The notes: generated by a model from the letters alone, not told the origin. A stretch of DNA of 63,493 nt, filler included, from Licmophora abbreviata (GCA_900291995.1; 10 parts of 10 records of this genome joined end to end with filler, not necessarily neighbours in it); one strand, 5' to 3'. Numbered from the whole stretch's first letter, positions 32,808 to 44,945 are shown. Made by a program: numbers and translations.

Positions 32808-34420
32808 ATCGGTGAGACTCTATGTTGTATATCTACGCTTCGGTCCTTGCTGTAACGTGTAAAAGGTGCAGGGCGGGAGCCCCTGTATCCATTGCATCTG
32901 AATCGGGAGGAATAAGTCGGCATCCATTGGTCATTCTCTGTTGCAACTAGGACATGTTGCGCAATGTCGATCTGCTGAGGGGTTTGGAGTGCGCAGGGGA
33001 GCTCATAATGCTGTGTAGTATGGAGAGGTTTTCCATCGCGATTTCTTCCCTCTGAGCCATGATAAACGAGAGCATTTTGTACAGTCTCAAGACAAGGCCA
33101 GGGTCCTTTTTCTCGATCTCCTCTGGTCTGTGAAACGGTACGTGATGGAGACGGCATGGGGTAACCGCAATAGTAANNNNNNNNNNNNNNNNNNNNNNNN
33201 NNNNNNNNNNNNNNNNNNNNTTAATTAATTAANNNNNNNNNNNNNNNNNNNNNNNNNNNNNNNNNNNNNNNNNNNNGTCAACAGCACCGTCTGCCTCGAT
33301 ACCCACAGATCGACCAACGACAGGCCAGCCCGTTTTTCAAATCAGCCCACCTTCGTCGTGCGAGTCAAACGCGGACTGTGCCTTTCTTACAAACGCTTGT
33401 ACCGATGCCGTCTGTTCCGTCCAACGAGAGTGCGTACCCTTTCCTGTGTTGTGCAAGGATGGGAGCATGTGCACTGCCGACTCGTGCGATGTTACAACCG
33501 GGTGTGACTTTCAGCCAATCGTCTCTTGTCCGCTTGACGAGAGTTGCGATGTACTGGACGGCACGTGCAAGCCCACCGAACAATTGCGTCCGTGCGCTGC
33601 CGTCGTTGACGGGAGTAGCAAGTCCGATCAGTTCATGGACGCAGCGTGGGTGGCGTATCGCAAGGAGTATCCTCATAGAACCTTTTGTCTACTGCAGCCA
33701 AAGAGCTCATCACCCACGAGCACCAGTCAGTTGTACCGCCCGACCGACTTCGACTCAGACCCGAGGACGACGTTTGCGTTCGTTCACCGAGATTCGGGCA
33801 ACACTACTTTGGCATCGGACTGGGTCGAGATTTGTGGCATTTCTAATTTTGCAGTAGCTGGAATAGACTGTGTCAGCTTGTTTGTTGGCCAATCCAGTAC
33901 CATGAACCTAGAGACTGTGCAAGCCTCATACATTCAGTTCCTGCTCGAGCTACAGAACACCAATTTGAAGTTTCGGGCTCTGACGGATGGGGTCCAAGAA
34001 TGGATTACCCCGTTCCGAACCGTGCTAAGCTAGTCTGCCAATTTTCATCATAAATCGGTGAGACTCTATGTTGTATGTCTACGCTTCGGTCCTTGCCGTA
34101 ACGTGTAAAAAGTGCAGGGCGGGAGCCCCTGTATCCATTGCATCTGAATCCGGAGGATTAAGTCGGCATCCATTGGCCATTCTCTGTTGCAACTAGGACA
34201 TGTTGCGCAATGCCGATCTGCTGAGGGGTTTGGAGTGCGCAGGGGAGCTCATAATGCTGTGTAGTATGGAGAGGTTTTCCATCGCGATTTCTTCCCTCTG
34301 AGCCATGATAAACGAGAGCATTTTGTACAGTCTCAAGACAAGGCCAGGGTCCTTTTTCTCGATCTCCTCTAGTCTGTGAAACGGTAGGTGATGGAGACGG
34401 CATGGGGTAACCGCAATAGT
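32772..34420. repeat. 403-bp direct duplication (32772-33174 vs 34018-34420, about 9 substitutions) containing the SulP 3' exon
   Basis: Constant offset of 1246 nt. Both copies end at a scaffold gap. Confidence 0.95.
33278..34033 (+). CDS. C-terminal part of an extracellular protein: P/S/T linker, Cys-rich CTxDxC repeats and an uncharacterised globular domain (5' end lies in the gap)
   Basis: Frame is open from the gap edge. Contains 'NACTDAVC', 'CKDGSMCTADSCDVTTGC', then 'CAAVVD...WVAYRKEYPHRTFCLLQP...RDSG...DW..IC...VQASY...EWITPF'. Confidence 0.75.
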   Translation, partial: STAPSASIPTDRPTTGQPVFQISPPSSCESNADCAFLTNACTDAVCSVQRECVPFPVLCKDGSMCTADSCDVTTGCDFQPIVSCPLDESCDVLDGTCKPTEQLRPCAAVVDGSSKSDQFMDAAWVAYRKEYPHRTFCLLQPKSSSPTSTSQLYRPTDFDSDPRTTFAFVHRDSGNTTLASDWVEICGISNFAVAGIDCVSLFVGQSSTMNLETVQASYIQFLLELQNTNLKFRALTDGVQEWITPFRTVLS

Positions 34421-37400
34421 GANNNNNNNNNNNNNNNNNNNNNNNNNNNNNNNNNNNNNNNNNNNNTTAATTAATTAANNNNNNNNNNNNNNNNNNNNNN
34501 NNNNNNNNNNNNNNNNNNNNNNCCCCAGCGGGCTTCAATCCAGATGCATTTTCAAACATGCCGCAGACCCTAACGAGCCGACACAGGCAGATATGGTGAG
34601 ATTGGCTAACGATTGTCTGCGTTTTCCCATATCCATCAATCATGGACTTACCATCCAGGGCCAATTCGAGCTAGTCGAAAGTGTTCACCTGCTCTCTGAG
34701 AGGCGGCACCCTTGGCGAGGGCCGATTTCCGTGCGACCGTTCCCACTCTCGCGTGCTGGTTCTGTAGGGAATGAACTACCCCCGCCGTAAGACTGTGGGT
34801 ACTGAGAGTGCGAGTCAGCGTTAGCGACCGAGAGGAATCTCTCTCGATTTTCAATAGACCTGACTCTATGAAGAACAAACCGCGGTGGCTGTCTTCGACA
34901 ATGCCCCCGTGGCACTCATAGAGGCACTGGCCACATTCCAAATCCAGAGGCACAGCGTAAAGTTGAAGATCGAGCAGTCCACTAGCGAAATCTTGTCCAT
35001 ACAGTTCGTCGATTTGTTCCAAAGCATGGCGGAATCCGTCCGTCTTGTTCTTGGGACTTCTCTTATGATGGGCGTCGTCGTCTTCGTCCATTATGGTATC
35101 TATCAAGAAGTCTTCGGCTTTGCCCAGCGCAGTGTCCAAGTCGGTCAAAATCCGGACGACGCCCTCCAATCGCAGGCGGCCTACCTCCGGTTTAACACCG
35201 CCCAGCGCGAGCCCCTTCCTCATCCGCGGCGAGAGTCCACATAGAAACAGCTTACAATGGTTGTTGCTGCAGAGCTCCTTGATGTCGGCAAAGATGTCGG
35301 CTGTCGATGTATCCATTCCGGTAATCAACGAGAGGTCAACAATCACCACTTCTGGTGTTGGTGGAAGTGAAAAGTCGAGACGTTGCGACTGAGCAGCGTC
35401 GACTCTTCGAACATGGTAGATATGTAGGTCAGAATGGAGCTGGCGTTCCCGAAGAAGAGATAGCCTTGGAGAACCAGCACCTGCGGTCGGGTGATAATAC
35501 ACAGGTAAGCGATGATCTGCACAAAACATAATGAAGCTTAAGCGAGGCAGTTCCACTGGAGGAATGTTCCATGATATACCTGGATATAATCTCCGTTCTC
35601 ATCTAGCCATGCAGATAGGGCCATAGATCGCTCAACTCTTGAGCGAATCTCCAGACCAGTTGCACTGAACTTTACAACCCCAACGCGGAAGAAGGATGCA
35701 ACGAACACGAACGTGGATATCCCTATACCAAGGAAAACGGCGTTCAAGAAACCGACAAAGAGGGAAAATCCGACGATAATGGGGACCACAAGCCATTCAA
35801 CGATGTCTTGAGTCTTTCGGAAAGCACCGAAGAACCAAACAACCAGAGTGTCCACGGCTCCAAGGACAAGCAAGGACGAAAATGCTGTCTTCGGGATGTA
35901 TCTAACGAACTCAAAGTCTGTAAGATAAAAGAAGACTAACAACAAAACAGAACCAATTTGCGGGGCCGCCTTGTCCGCGCCAATAGCATACACTTTGGTG
36001 GTTGACAGTCGGTGAAAAACAACGTTAGGTTAGAGGCGGAACACGTTGCCGACGCTGAACAGAGAGCATTCAGAGGGGCGGAACTCACTGGTATTACTCG
36101 TCGCAACTGTTGGGCAGTTTCCGAAACCTCCACAGACAGCGACTACCCAAAAGGCGAAGCCGTACTCCAAAAAGATCTCTTCAAGTGTCATTCTTGATGG
36201 CTTTGCTCGGATTTCCGTAAACTCTGGTTCCTCTGCTACATTGGAGAGTCGCCTGCCCGGCCGTTTCATATTAGCTTTGGTTGTATCATCTCTAGTCGTC
36301 GTGCGAGATGGTTTCCTATCAGCCAGGCTCATGTTTACGATTCGAACGCTCTGCCTCATGTTCTGGACGATGCCCGGCCTCATCGAGAATGTACTGCCTT
36401 TCTCACCAGAGCCGAGTTCCTCCGCTCCTTCGCGCTCGCCCGAGTCGACTGGTACTCGTCGCACGAGATTGGCAACGTTCTTCTTCATGGCTGAGGCATG
36501 AATCGATGACCGTAGCAAGTACAGAAATGCCAACGCAGCCATGTTTCCGATACCATCCACAACAGCGGTCCAACTGACATGCCCAGTGATCACAGCCCCG
36601 AAACTACCAAACGGGGCTGGCGGTAAAACCCAGGACTCCGATCCAACCGTTGTTTCTGATTGGTAGACTAGCTCGTCAAATGACCAGAACCACTGCGCTT
36701 GCTGAGCGTCTTCCAACGTCCTTCCAGTCACCCACATGACGACATAAAACGACGCCAGAGTGGCAATAATCAACAATATGACAAAGAAGGGGTTCTTGGG
36801 TCCCAGACGGTTCATCAGAATACCTACAACCAGGCTAGGGAAATGATGAACCAACGAGTTCCAAATCAGCTGCGGGTCGCCCGAGAAGAAAACCGTTTTC
36901 CAGGTCTTGCCAGAAGTGTCAACTGAGAAAGCCAACGCCCAAAGCAATACTCCAACAGCCGAGAAGAATCCGCACAGGACTGAATAGGGCAAGAAGTTCC
37001 CAAGGTTCGCCAGCTTGAACGTCGCCGCTAGTACGAGGAACAATCCTGCGAAGAACATGCCAATGGCGGCAAGAACAGCAAAGGTCCCGAAGAAAAGGGT
37101 GTCTGGATAGCCACCGCCATGCTGCTCTGTAAGATTCTCATCAATTCTTGCTGCTGCTTCCGCGAGGAAGGGAGCAAGGAACAAATCGATCGACGGATAC
37201 AGTGCTGGGATGTCTCGCCCGAGGCGAAGTATGTAAAATGGACCAGCAAACATTATGCCGACGGTCGACATTTTGGCCATGACGCCGAGTATCGGGCGGT
37301 CCGGAGAGTGAGGCCGAATGATGGCCGAACCGTTGGCCAAGCAGAAGACAACATGATACAACAAGAACATCACTGCACCAGCAAGCGTAGTAGGCTCCAA

Positions 37401-37864
37401 TTGGTCCTTGATGAACTGTTTGAATCGAGACGCTGGTTTGTCCTCCGAGACTGAAAACGTTGTACCCGACTGGTGACTTTGGGCTTTGGCAGAGAGAAAC
37501 GCGACCGAGGCGTTAGTGCGGCGCTCCGTTCGAGCATCGTCCAAGCCATAGGCGCACCCGAACCGTAGGATCCTGGATGATCTGGAAAAGGCAGAAGTGT
37601 GTCAAGTTCTCCGGTCTCGGTAGGGTCGTTAGCCAGCAGGTCGGATTCGCCTACTCTCGGAGGAGCAAAGAGGCGTCTTAAATTGGACGTCTCTGGGGTT
37701 GGATTATCCAGAGTCGCAGTCAGATCCTTGCTCTCTGATGGAGATGCGAGTAGCGTCTCTGAATCCTCGCTCCCTTGCGTTGCGTGCTGATCTTCAATGT
37801 CCGTCGGTGGACTGAAGAGTCCAACTAAGTTATTGGCTCCCTCCCCAGCTTGATTCTGCTCCAT
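34193..37864 (-). CDS. SulP/SLC26 anion transporter with STAS and cNMP-binding domains; 3 introns, 2 apparent 1-nt frameshifts, spans a zero-length gap
   Basis: 'FLPYSVLCGFFSAVG', STAS 'LQGYLFFGNA...VIVDLSLITGMDTS', cNMP 'GLFFIESG...RIGPGWVCG...AVTPCRLHHLPF'. Introns at 36088-35993, 35579-35481 and 34651-34570. Frameshifts at ~37550 and ~35402. Confidence 0.88.
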
Positions 37865-38272
37865 TGCTCGTGTCCAAGCTTCGTCGCTGCCCGTTGTGGT
37901 CTATCGGGAGCTTGGAAGGCGGCTGGTCTCGACTAAGCCTGTGTGTAATCACTGATGATGCCATCGTCTTCGGCGCAGATTCGATGATGCTTTCATCTTT
38001 TTGATCTTTCGGCTTCCTAGTTTACAGTCTCACGTTCTACAAAATGAGTTGATGCGCACGCTTCGGAGTGATTGATGAGACTTTTCACGAAGCGCGGAGA
38101 TCGAAAATGGTACGAAGTATGGAATACCGCGATTCGTAAACAGAGGGGACTTGACTCACTCTCAACTCATCCAAGGACTCTCTAGAAAGGCCAAGCCTAT
38201 ACCTTCTCTTCATGCTAGTTAGATGCTCGACCTTTCATTACCGATAGTTCTCTTTGCTGCGACCTTGCCATT

Positions 38273-40501
38273 CTAGAAATCCAAAACGCTGCCCACCATT
38301 TGGCCTCCCAGCTCTTGGAGTTCTGCCTCGATCCGAGTCGATTCCTCGTCGACGTCTTCATTATTTTCATGCGTCTTGTCGGGCGAATTCTGCGGTCTGT
38401 ATATGGACAGGGGGAACTGTGCCGCCAAACTGCGAGACTGGCCGGAAGGGTCGAGGTTGGGAAGATCCAAAGAAGACAGGCTAACCCTTCTCGGAGGAGA
38501 TGTCAGAAACGGCAGATCAACGGTGTCACTGAAGTTCATCTTCGACTTTTCATGCGGAGGGATTTGTAAACCGGGCGGCGGAGCGATAATACCAGTTGAA
38601 GGAGAAGTCATGGGCGAGACCGTCGAGTGACGACGGAGGTCCAAGAGCAGCTCAATATGCGCCTTTTGTGCCAAGGGGACATTGTATAACTCGTACTGAG
38701 CATCCGACATGCGATCCAGAGCATCAATATCATCCAAGTCCTCCAACAAGTCCGATCGTACCATCCCCACCAGGTTAACCTGTGAGAGTAGTGTCGAAAG
38801 TTCCATCTTTTTCGCATTCTGGACGCTTGTACATGCGTAGCTGCTCCTTCCGGGAGTGCCGCACTCGAAACCGGGCGGAAGGCGAACCCGCTCCGATGAC
38901 TGAGATCCCACAAAAGGCTCGAGAGTTGGTGTTTTGCAAGGAACCATCGGCTCATGGAACGGGAATGACGGCGAAGCGCGTTGACGATCTGCAGTATGGA
39001 TGCTGCGACCCTCATTCTTGGGCAGTTCTGGGGCTCGGGCCTCGGGAGTCGAGCTGAAGAACGAGCTAGACGACATGTGAGCAGGAGCCTCATGGATCGG
39101 AGTGACGGCAGGCAATGGAAATGTCGTAGTAGAAACGGTTGCCTTCTGTTTGCGATGAGTATGCCCCATGATCAAATCTCCAGAAGTTTCAAAGGCCGCT
39201 ATCGTGCTCCTTGTGTTGCGTTTGGCAGTCCTCCGTCGGCTCAACGACGCGCCACTGGTCCTACTAGTCCGCCCGTGAGCGACGCCATCAACTGCTGCGC
39301 GAATGCTGTCTGTCTGCGAGGTCGTTGACGTAAGTCCAGAAGCACTGGACCGAACTCACGAACTGAGTCCGTCTCACAAGACTGATCATCGGTGGCTGCA
39401 GAGTCCAAAGATTCAGTCCGAGGTCGTTTCGTCTGAACGATGTTAGATGATTTCTCTGCTCCAGATTCGTCGTTTGGTGGCACGGACGTTTTGAGGTGCA
39501 AACGGTTTTCCTGTCCTAGTAGCTCTTTCTGTGTGACTGGGGAGTGACAACCTTCCGCCGTGCTGTTTTCTGGAATCGGTCTGTTGTTGGTCCCGGTGGC
39601 CGGTCGGTTTCGATTGTGAGATCGTCCTCGTCCAGCTCGATGATTGCCTCTGCGTTTCTTCTTTTTGTGCTTTTCCGGTGTCTTTATGACTTGCTTCTTG
39701 GGCGTCCGGGGTGTCAACGTTCGATGTAAAATCCAAATGACACCAAACAGAGCCAAAAAAGTTCCAGCCGCCACAATCGTGGGTAGCATACTACTTTCTT
39801 GCAGCATAAAATCCCAACAGAACTTTGTAGAATCGAGAAGGGTCATTATTCCGTCTCTGGAGGAAAGAGATAGTGAAAGAGAGCAATATAGGGTGAGGAA
39901 GCGTTTGGCTTGTCGAACACGAGAGCTACCAGGTACGTGACTGCGGGTATATGTATTCAGGCATCGAAGGAAAAGACATTCGCATTCGTGTGACCACTTC
40001 TCACCTCATCTTTCCTAGTAGAGCCCAGGTCGTGCCATCTGGATGAATCATCAAAACGATGACGGTAAACATGACCAGTGCAGCGAACGCCGGGGGAGGC
40101 CACGAATGGAGATCGGGCTTACTGGTACCGTCTTGTCCCGCATACTGCTGCCACGAATGGGCCACGGTCTCCCATGGGATCACGTGTGTCAAGATAAACC
40201 CAACAAATTGTCCGAGGAAAACCACCCGAATCCAATGGATGACAGATTCCATCGAACGGCGTAGCCACAGGAATACTAGCGGCATGTAGACGCTGCACAC
40301 GACGTCCCAAAGTGTGGCACTGACTTCGTGCTCGTGACTTCCGACGGTAGCGTCTTCCTTGGTTGGAATCAGGGATGGTTTTTGCAAATCTACGCATGGA
40401 TCCTCACTCGTCAGCCTTGCTGTAGACGCAGTCAAAACCTTGACCGCAGAAAAGTTTGGAGAACGAGGAGATGGAGAGTTCGGGGCCGCCAAGGTAGTCA
40501 T
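38273..40501 (-). CDS. Hypothetical membrane protein with a cytosolic low-complexity region and a SAM-like domain; 1 intron, frameshift at ~39350
   Basis: N-terminal TM segments. Intron 40004-39857 joins the ORFs in frame. SAM-like 'ELSTLLSQVNL....DLLEDLDDIDALDRMSDAQYELYNVPLAQKAHIELLL'. C-terminal 'IEAELQELGGQMVGSVLDF'. Confidence 0.65.
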
Positions 40502-41355
40502 GATGCCAAAGTTCCCGCCCAAAAAATGCAAAGCGATGCGAAATTTCGATACTCGGTTTGACTCTGCGATCGATCGATCTCTCCTTCGATCACTGGATCG
40601 ATTACTGCCAGAATACCTTGTTAGCAGAGGACAACACCGTAAAACAAGCTTGCTGGCGTGTCGCTTTCCCACAACAGCTTTCGTAGTTGCAGCTAGTGTG
40701 GCGTCGACCAAAGCGGCACTTTCGGAATGAGTTCAACGCTCGAAGTTTTTAGAACCCGCCCTATTTTTAGCCTCGTATCGTCCTGTCATCCGTAGACCTG
40801 CGTAGAAAATGTACTGCAGAAAGATTTTTCGCAAAATCCATACGCGCGGAATCCGTACGCGCAGTCATCAATATGACGTGCGGTANNNNNNNNNNNNNNN
40901 NNNNNNNNNNNNNNNNNNNNNNNNNNNNNTTAATTAATTAANNNNNNNNNNNNNNNNNNNNNNNNNNNNNNNNNNNNNNNNNNNNGAAAGATTTTTCGTC
41001 AAAATCCATACGCGCGGAATCCGTACGCGCAGTCATCAATATGACGTGCGGTAGATGACAGACGCTTTTCAATGGAGTCGATTTTGTCAGGTGCGCGAAA
41101 TCCCCAGAATTGTGAGAAGGGGATCACGCAAGGCGCTCCTTCTGACGGCATTGACTGGAGGGGAGCTTTTGATTGCTCTGTTCTCTGCTCCCTCGCATAT
41201 GAACAGCCCATTGAAACGGAATTGATAGCTTATTTAGACTGACTCTGAAGATTTGCGAAATGACAAGAGATCGATAAACGCCAAAAGTAGCAAGACCCAT
41301 CTGGCTCGCTTGCAATACCGTTTGAGACAACGGCACACAGTGACTGCACTCCGCC

Positions 41356-42096
41356 ATGTCGCCCTTATTTCGCGACATGCTGCGCATTTCTCCATTATGG
41401 AACAACGTACTTTCCTCGCTACTGACGGCGATATATATGAAAATGGCCATGGAACTCGCCACATGGATGAGGCGACGGTTCGGAGCCCACGAAGAAGCGC
41501 GACAGCTTGTCCACCTAGCCTTGTCGTCTTGGATTGTATTTTGGCCTCTGTACGATACAACCGATTGGTCCTGGCGCTTGAATGTCTTAGTCCCGGCGGT
41601 CTTTGGGACACGATTTCTGTACAAGGCACTGTGGGATAAGAATCCGAATGATGCCGAGGTCGTGAATCTGTCACGATCCTCCTCGCCGTCGGAACTGATG
41701 CTGGGGCCTTTGCAATTGACGGTGCTCATGGTGTATTTGGGCGTATTTCAGTTCATGACGCCAGAAGCAGCCATCCTAGTAGCGGCTGTTGGCATCGGGG
41801 ACGCGTTGGCGCCTCTGATTGGACGGCGCTACGGGCGGCATGTGTACAACATGCCATTGGCCAAGCCCAAGAGCATGGAAGGTAGTATTTGCGGTGTCTT
41901 TTTGGGAACTATTGCGGGATGTTATCTCTATCCATATTTACTGGGTATGGAGTGGTTTCCATTGCGGATTGTCCTGGCGTACGGTGGCATTGCTGCCATT
42001 GTCGAAGGAACGTCTCCTGGCAACATGGACAACATCCTCGTGCCGCTTGTCTTGTACTTTTCTATCGACAAAGTAGACCGATGGATGCCTGCATAG
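41356..42096 (+). CDS. CTP-dependent polyprenol kinase (phytol/farnesol/dolichol kinase family)
   Basis: 'ARQLVHL', 'GIGDALAPLIGRRYG', 'KSMEGS', 'MDNILVP'. Multi-TM. Confidence 0.87.
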   Translation: MSPLFRDMLRISPLWNNVLSSLLTAIYMKMAMELATWMRRRFGAHEEARQLVHLALSSWIVFWPLYDTTDWSWRLNVLVPAVFGTRFLYKALWDKNPNDAEVVNLSRSSSPSELMLGPLQLTVLMVYLGVFQFMTPEAAILVAAVGIGDALAPLIGRRYGRHVYNMPLAKPKSMEGSICGVFLGTIAGCYLYPYLLGMEWFPLRIVLAYGGIAAIVEGTSPGNMDNILVPLVLYFSIDKVDRWMPA

Positions 42097-43309
42097 CGAG
42101 CTTGGCATGAGAATGTACAATAGGGATTTTCGTTGTATAATAAGATACTCATATCGAATACCAGACAGGCGAGGGTTTGCGGGGGCCGACATGACCTCAG
42201 AGAGTTGTTCGGAGGTCGGCATCTTTTCCCCGATTGGACAAGATGTCTGAGCATACCCCGTACAGTATTACAGGCACCCCCATCGCCGTATGCATGCTCC
42301 TTCTACCGAAAAAATCGACCCGCGCTGTAGCCAATGATTGACCGACCGCTAAGATTGGGCTTGCTTTACCTTATTGTGTACATACGTCGTAGGTGCAAGA
42401 CCACAGCCACATGCTGCTCCACTACTTTTTGAGGGTTCCTATGCAAGCGCTTCTATTTTGTTGTAGCTTCTTCCAAACATTCTACAGAACACTTTAGCTG
42501 TAGCTTTGCATGTACCAGGTACCAATGATTGCGCTGTCTACCAGGTACCAGGTACCGTGTCATAGCACATTGTACACTCGACACCAAAGAGTCAGGCNNN
42601 NNNNNNNNNNNNNNNNNNNNNNNNNNNNNNNNNNNNNNNNNTTAATTAATTAANNNNNNNNNNNNNNNNNNNNNNNNNNNNNNNNNNNNNNNNNNNNCGA
42701 CACCAAAGAGTCAGGCTGTTCCTTGTGTTTTCTTTTCACACCGCGCACAGCCAGCATGTGCGAAAACAGTTTACAATTGCCCTCGGATCACTATGGCATA
42801 TTTAAGCCGTTGAAGGTTCCTATACGTTTATTGACCGCTGCATATACGAATTTCCATATTTATATGGAAGCAGAAGATATTCACAACAATTTGTTTCTCC
42901 TTTTTATGGCGAGATGGCGTTTACTGTCTTCAGTCATGTGGACAGGCATGAAAAATTTGCAGGGTTGGGAGCTTTCTGCCAAATTTGCCATGATCCGTGG
43001 TCTCGCTTTGCTTACTCCAGCCACAATCAACACTGTCACGTATCGCTGTTGTGAGAGACGAAGCTCAGTCATTGTAGCAACAACGCTTTCGAAGCTTGCA
43101 CTAGAATTTCGGGGACTCAGAGTGCGTGGGGCTAGTGAGAGTTTGATAGAGTACATCCCAGAAGATAGAAGAACAGAAAAGGGCAGGTTTGGGCACCGCG
43201 CTCGTACGCTTTCGGTTCTGTTAGGACAGCAAGCTCTGTGTGCATCTCCGAATTGGAAGCGGTCCTGGCACGCGAAACAATTCCGCTTCGGAACGCCTCC
43301 CTTTGAATT

Positions 43310-44945
43310 ATGGTCTCTGGGGCGAAGCCTCCATCACACCGGTCGGCTCCGGTTCTCTGTGGAGCTCGGGGGTCTCGCTCCGACGAGGCATCATCGCCTG
43401 GGAGCCCCTCTGGCATCGGCTCCATGCCATCCTTCTTCAATGGGATTGTGGGACCTTTCATGGCATGTTGGCAACCACCATTCGAGGCATGTGTGACACC
43501 CAGTCAGCCGATGAACGCATCGGTCGGTGCATCTCCCATGAGCATCGACGCGCCATATTCTTTATCTCCTCAGTCCTCTTCTGTCGTAGCGCTCACTTCG
43601 AACATTCGAACACCGCACGCCAACGACGTGCTCTGTGGACGAGGAGGGTCTTCAAATTGGCACGTTGGGAATCTCAACTTTCGTGCTCTGGTGGCCATGA
43701 ATAAGGATACCTATGTCAGTCTCACCAAGAAGCAAAAGATGACAATGGCGCGCTCGATCGTCAACACTGTCCGAGGCCAAGACCCTCCTGGTCGGTTCCT
43801 TCAAAAGGCCACGACACCGGGCTTTGGTCGGACATTGGAATGCCAAGAAGTCTGCAGAAAACTTCACAGGCTCTTCGAGAGAAAACAATTTCTTCCGATA
43901 AGGAACTGATTAGTGCCGACGCGAGTGTGGCAAGTGAGCACCTTGACGACGAAGTCAGATCTCCATTTCCGGTCGTGCCGTCTCACACTACACCCATTAG
44001 CTCACCTTCCAAGGCAGTGTCGCCTCTCACGACGCCGAAGTCAAGAAAAAGTGCACCTCCGCCACTCATCAAGATCCCGGAACACCTGAAAGAACAATTC
44101 AACCCTTATTTACGACGCCAGCGCATGGTCCAACGACGCCACGCTGCTCCACGCTCTGGAGGGTGGGCAGTGCCTCCAGTCATGCCACACTCTCCGCAGC
44201 AACCACACTTACCAAGTTACCAGGGAAGCTCCCTGAAAGAACGTGCTCCTCCAGTACCGTATACGCCCCCTCCAATGTACCCTCACTCGCCGTATGGGCA
44301 CCCTGTGGACCACAACGAGTTTGGTCTGCCTAGGCTCAATCGGTCTCATGGCGCTCGACCGCAGCCAAGTCGAGNNNNNNNNNNNNNNNNNNNNNNNNNN
44401 NNNNNNNNNNNNNNNNNNTTAATTAATTAANNNNNNNNNNNNNNNNNNNNNNNNNNNNNNNNNNNNNNNNNNNNGCTCGACCGCAGCCACCGCATGCCTA
44501 CCCACCGCAGCTACAGCCACCACCTATGTTAGCAGCTACCATTCCTCCTTCCCCTCCGAGGTTGGCGCCGTCCTTGGTGGTCACTCCGTCTCGAGCTCCA
44601 GATCCCAACTCTCAGAGAAGCGGGAGTCGAAAAGGGCAAAATATTTCGCCTGCACGACAGCAAGGCAGCAAGCGCCGTCGACAGGGATCTCCTCCACCCA
44701 GCCAGATGGCACGTACTGCAAGGACACAAAGCGAATCTTCCTTGTCTCAGCACATGCAAGTTGGCTTGAATCTAAATGAAGACTTGGCGAAGAAGGCCTC
44801 GGGAAAGGACCTTCCATCGCCCTCAAGAGTAATGCAGAGTCGCGTTCGCCCTAGGCGAAGCGTGGGTGACGAAAGTGCTGGTCTCGCTGGTCTCGCGGCA
44901 TTGTCGAGTGCCGCATTGCTCAAGCTACACGAGGTAGATAAATAG
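43310..44945 (+). CDS. Second DUF6824-domain protein with a Pro-rich tail; frameshift at ~43808, spans a gap
   Basis: 'PHANDVLCGRGG.SNWHVGNLNFRALV...IVNTVRGQDPPGRFLQK' continues in the -1 frame as 'TGLWSDIG...QKTSQALRE'. A 15-nt overlap across the gap keeps the frame. Confidence 0.82.

Noticed and set aside
32633..33157. 174-aa and 81-aa duplicated minus-strand ORFs (MPSPS...)
   Set aside because: They are off-frame readings of the SulP last exon and 3' UTR inside the duplicated block.
42723..43496. 257-aa ORF upstream of the second DUF6824 gene
   Set aside because: Non-ATG start, no domain signal, and it overlaps the real gene in another frame.
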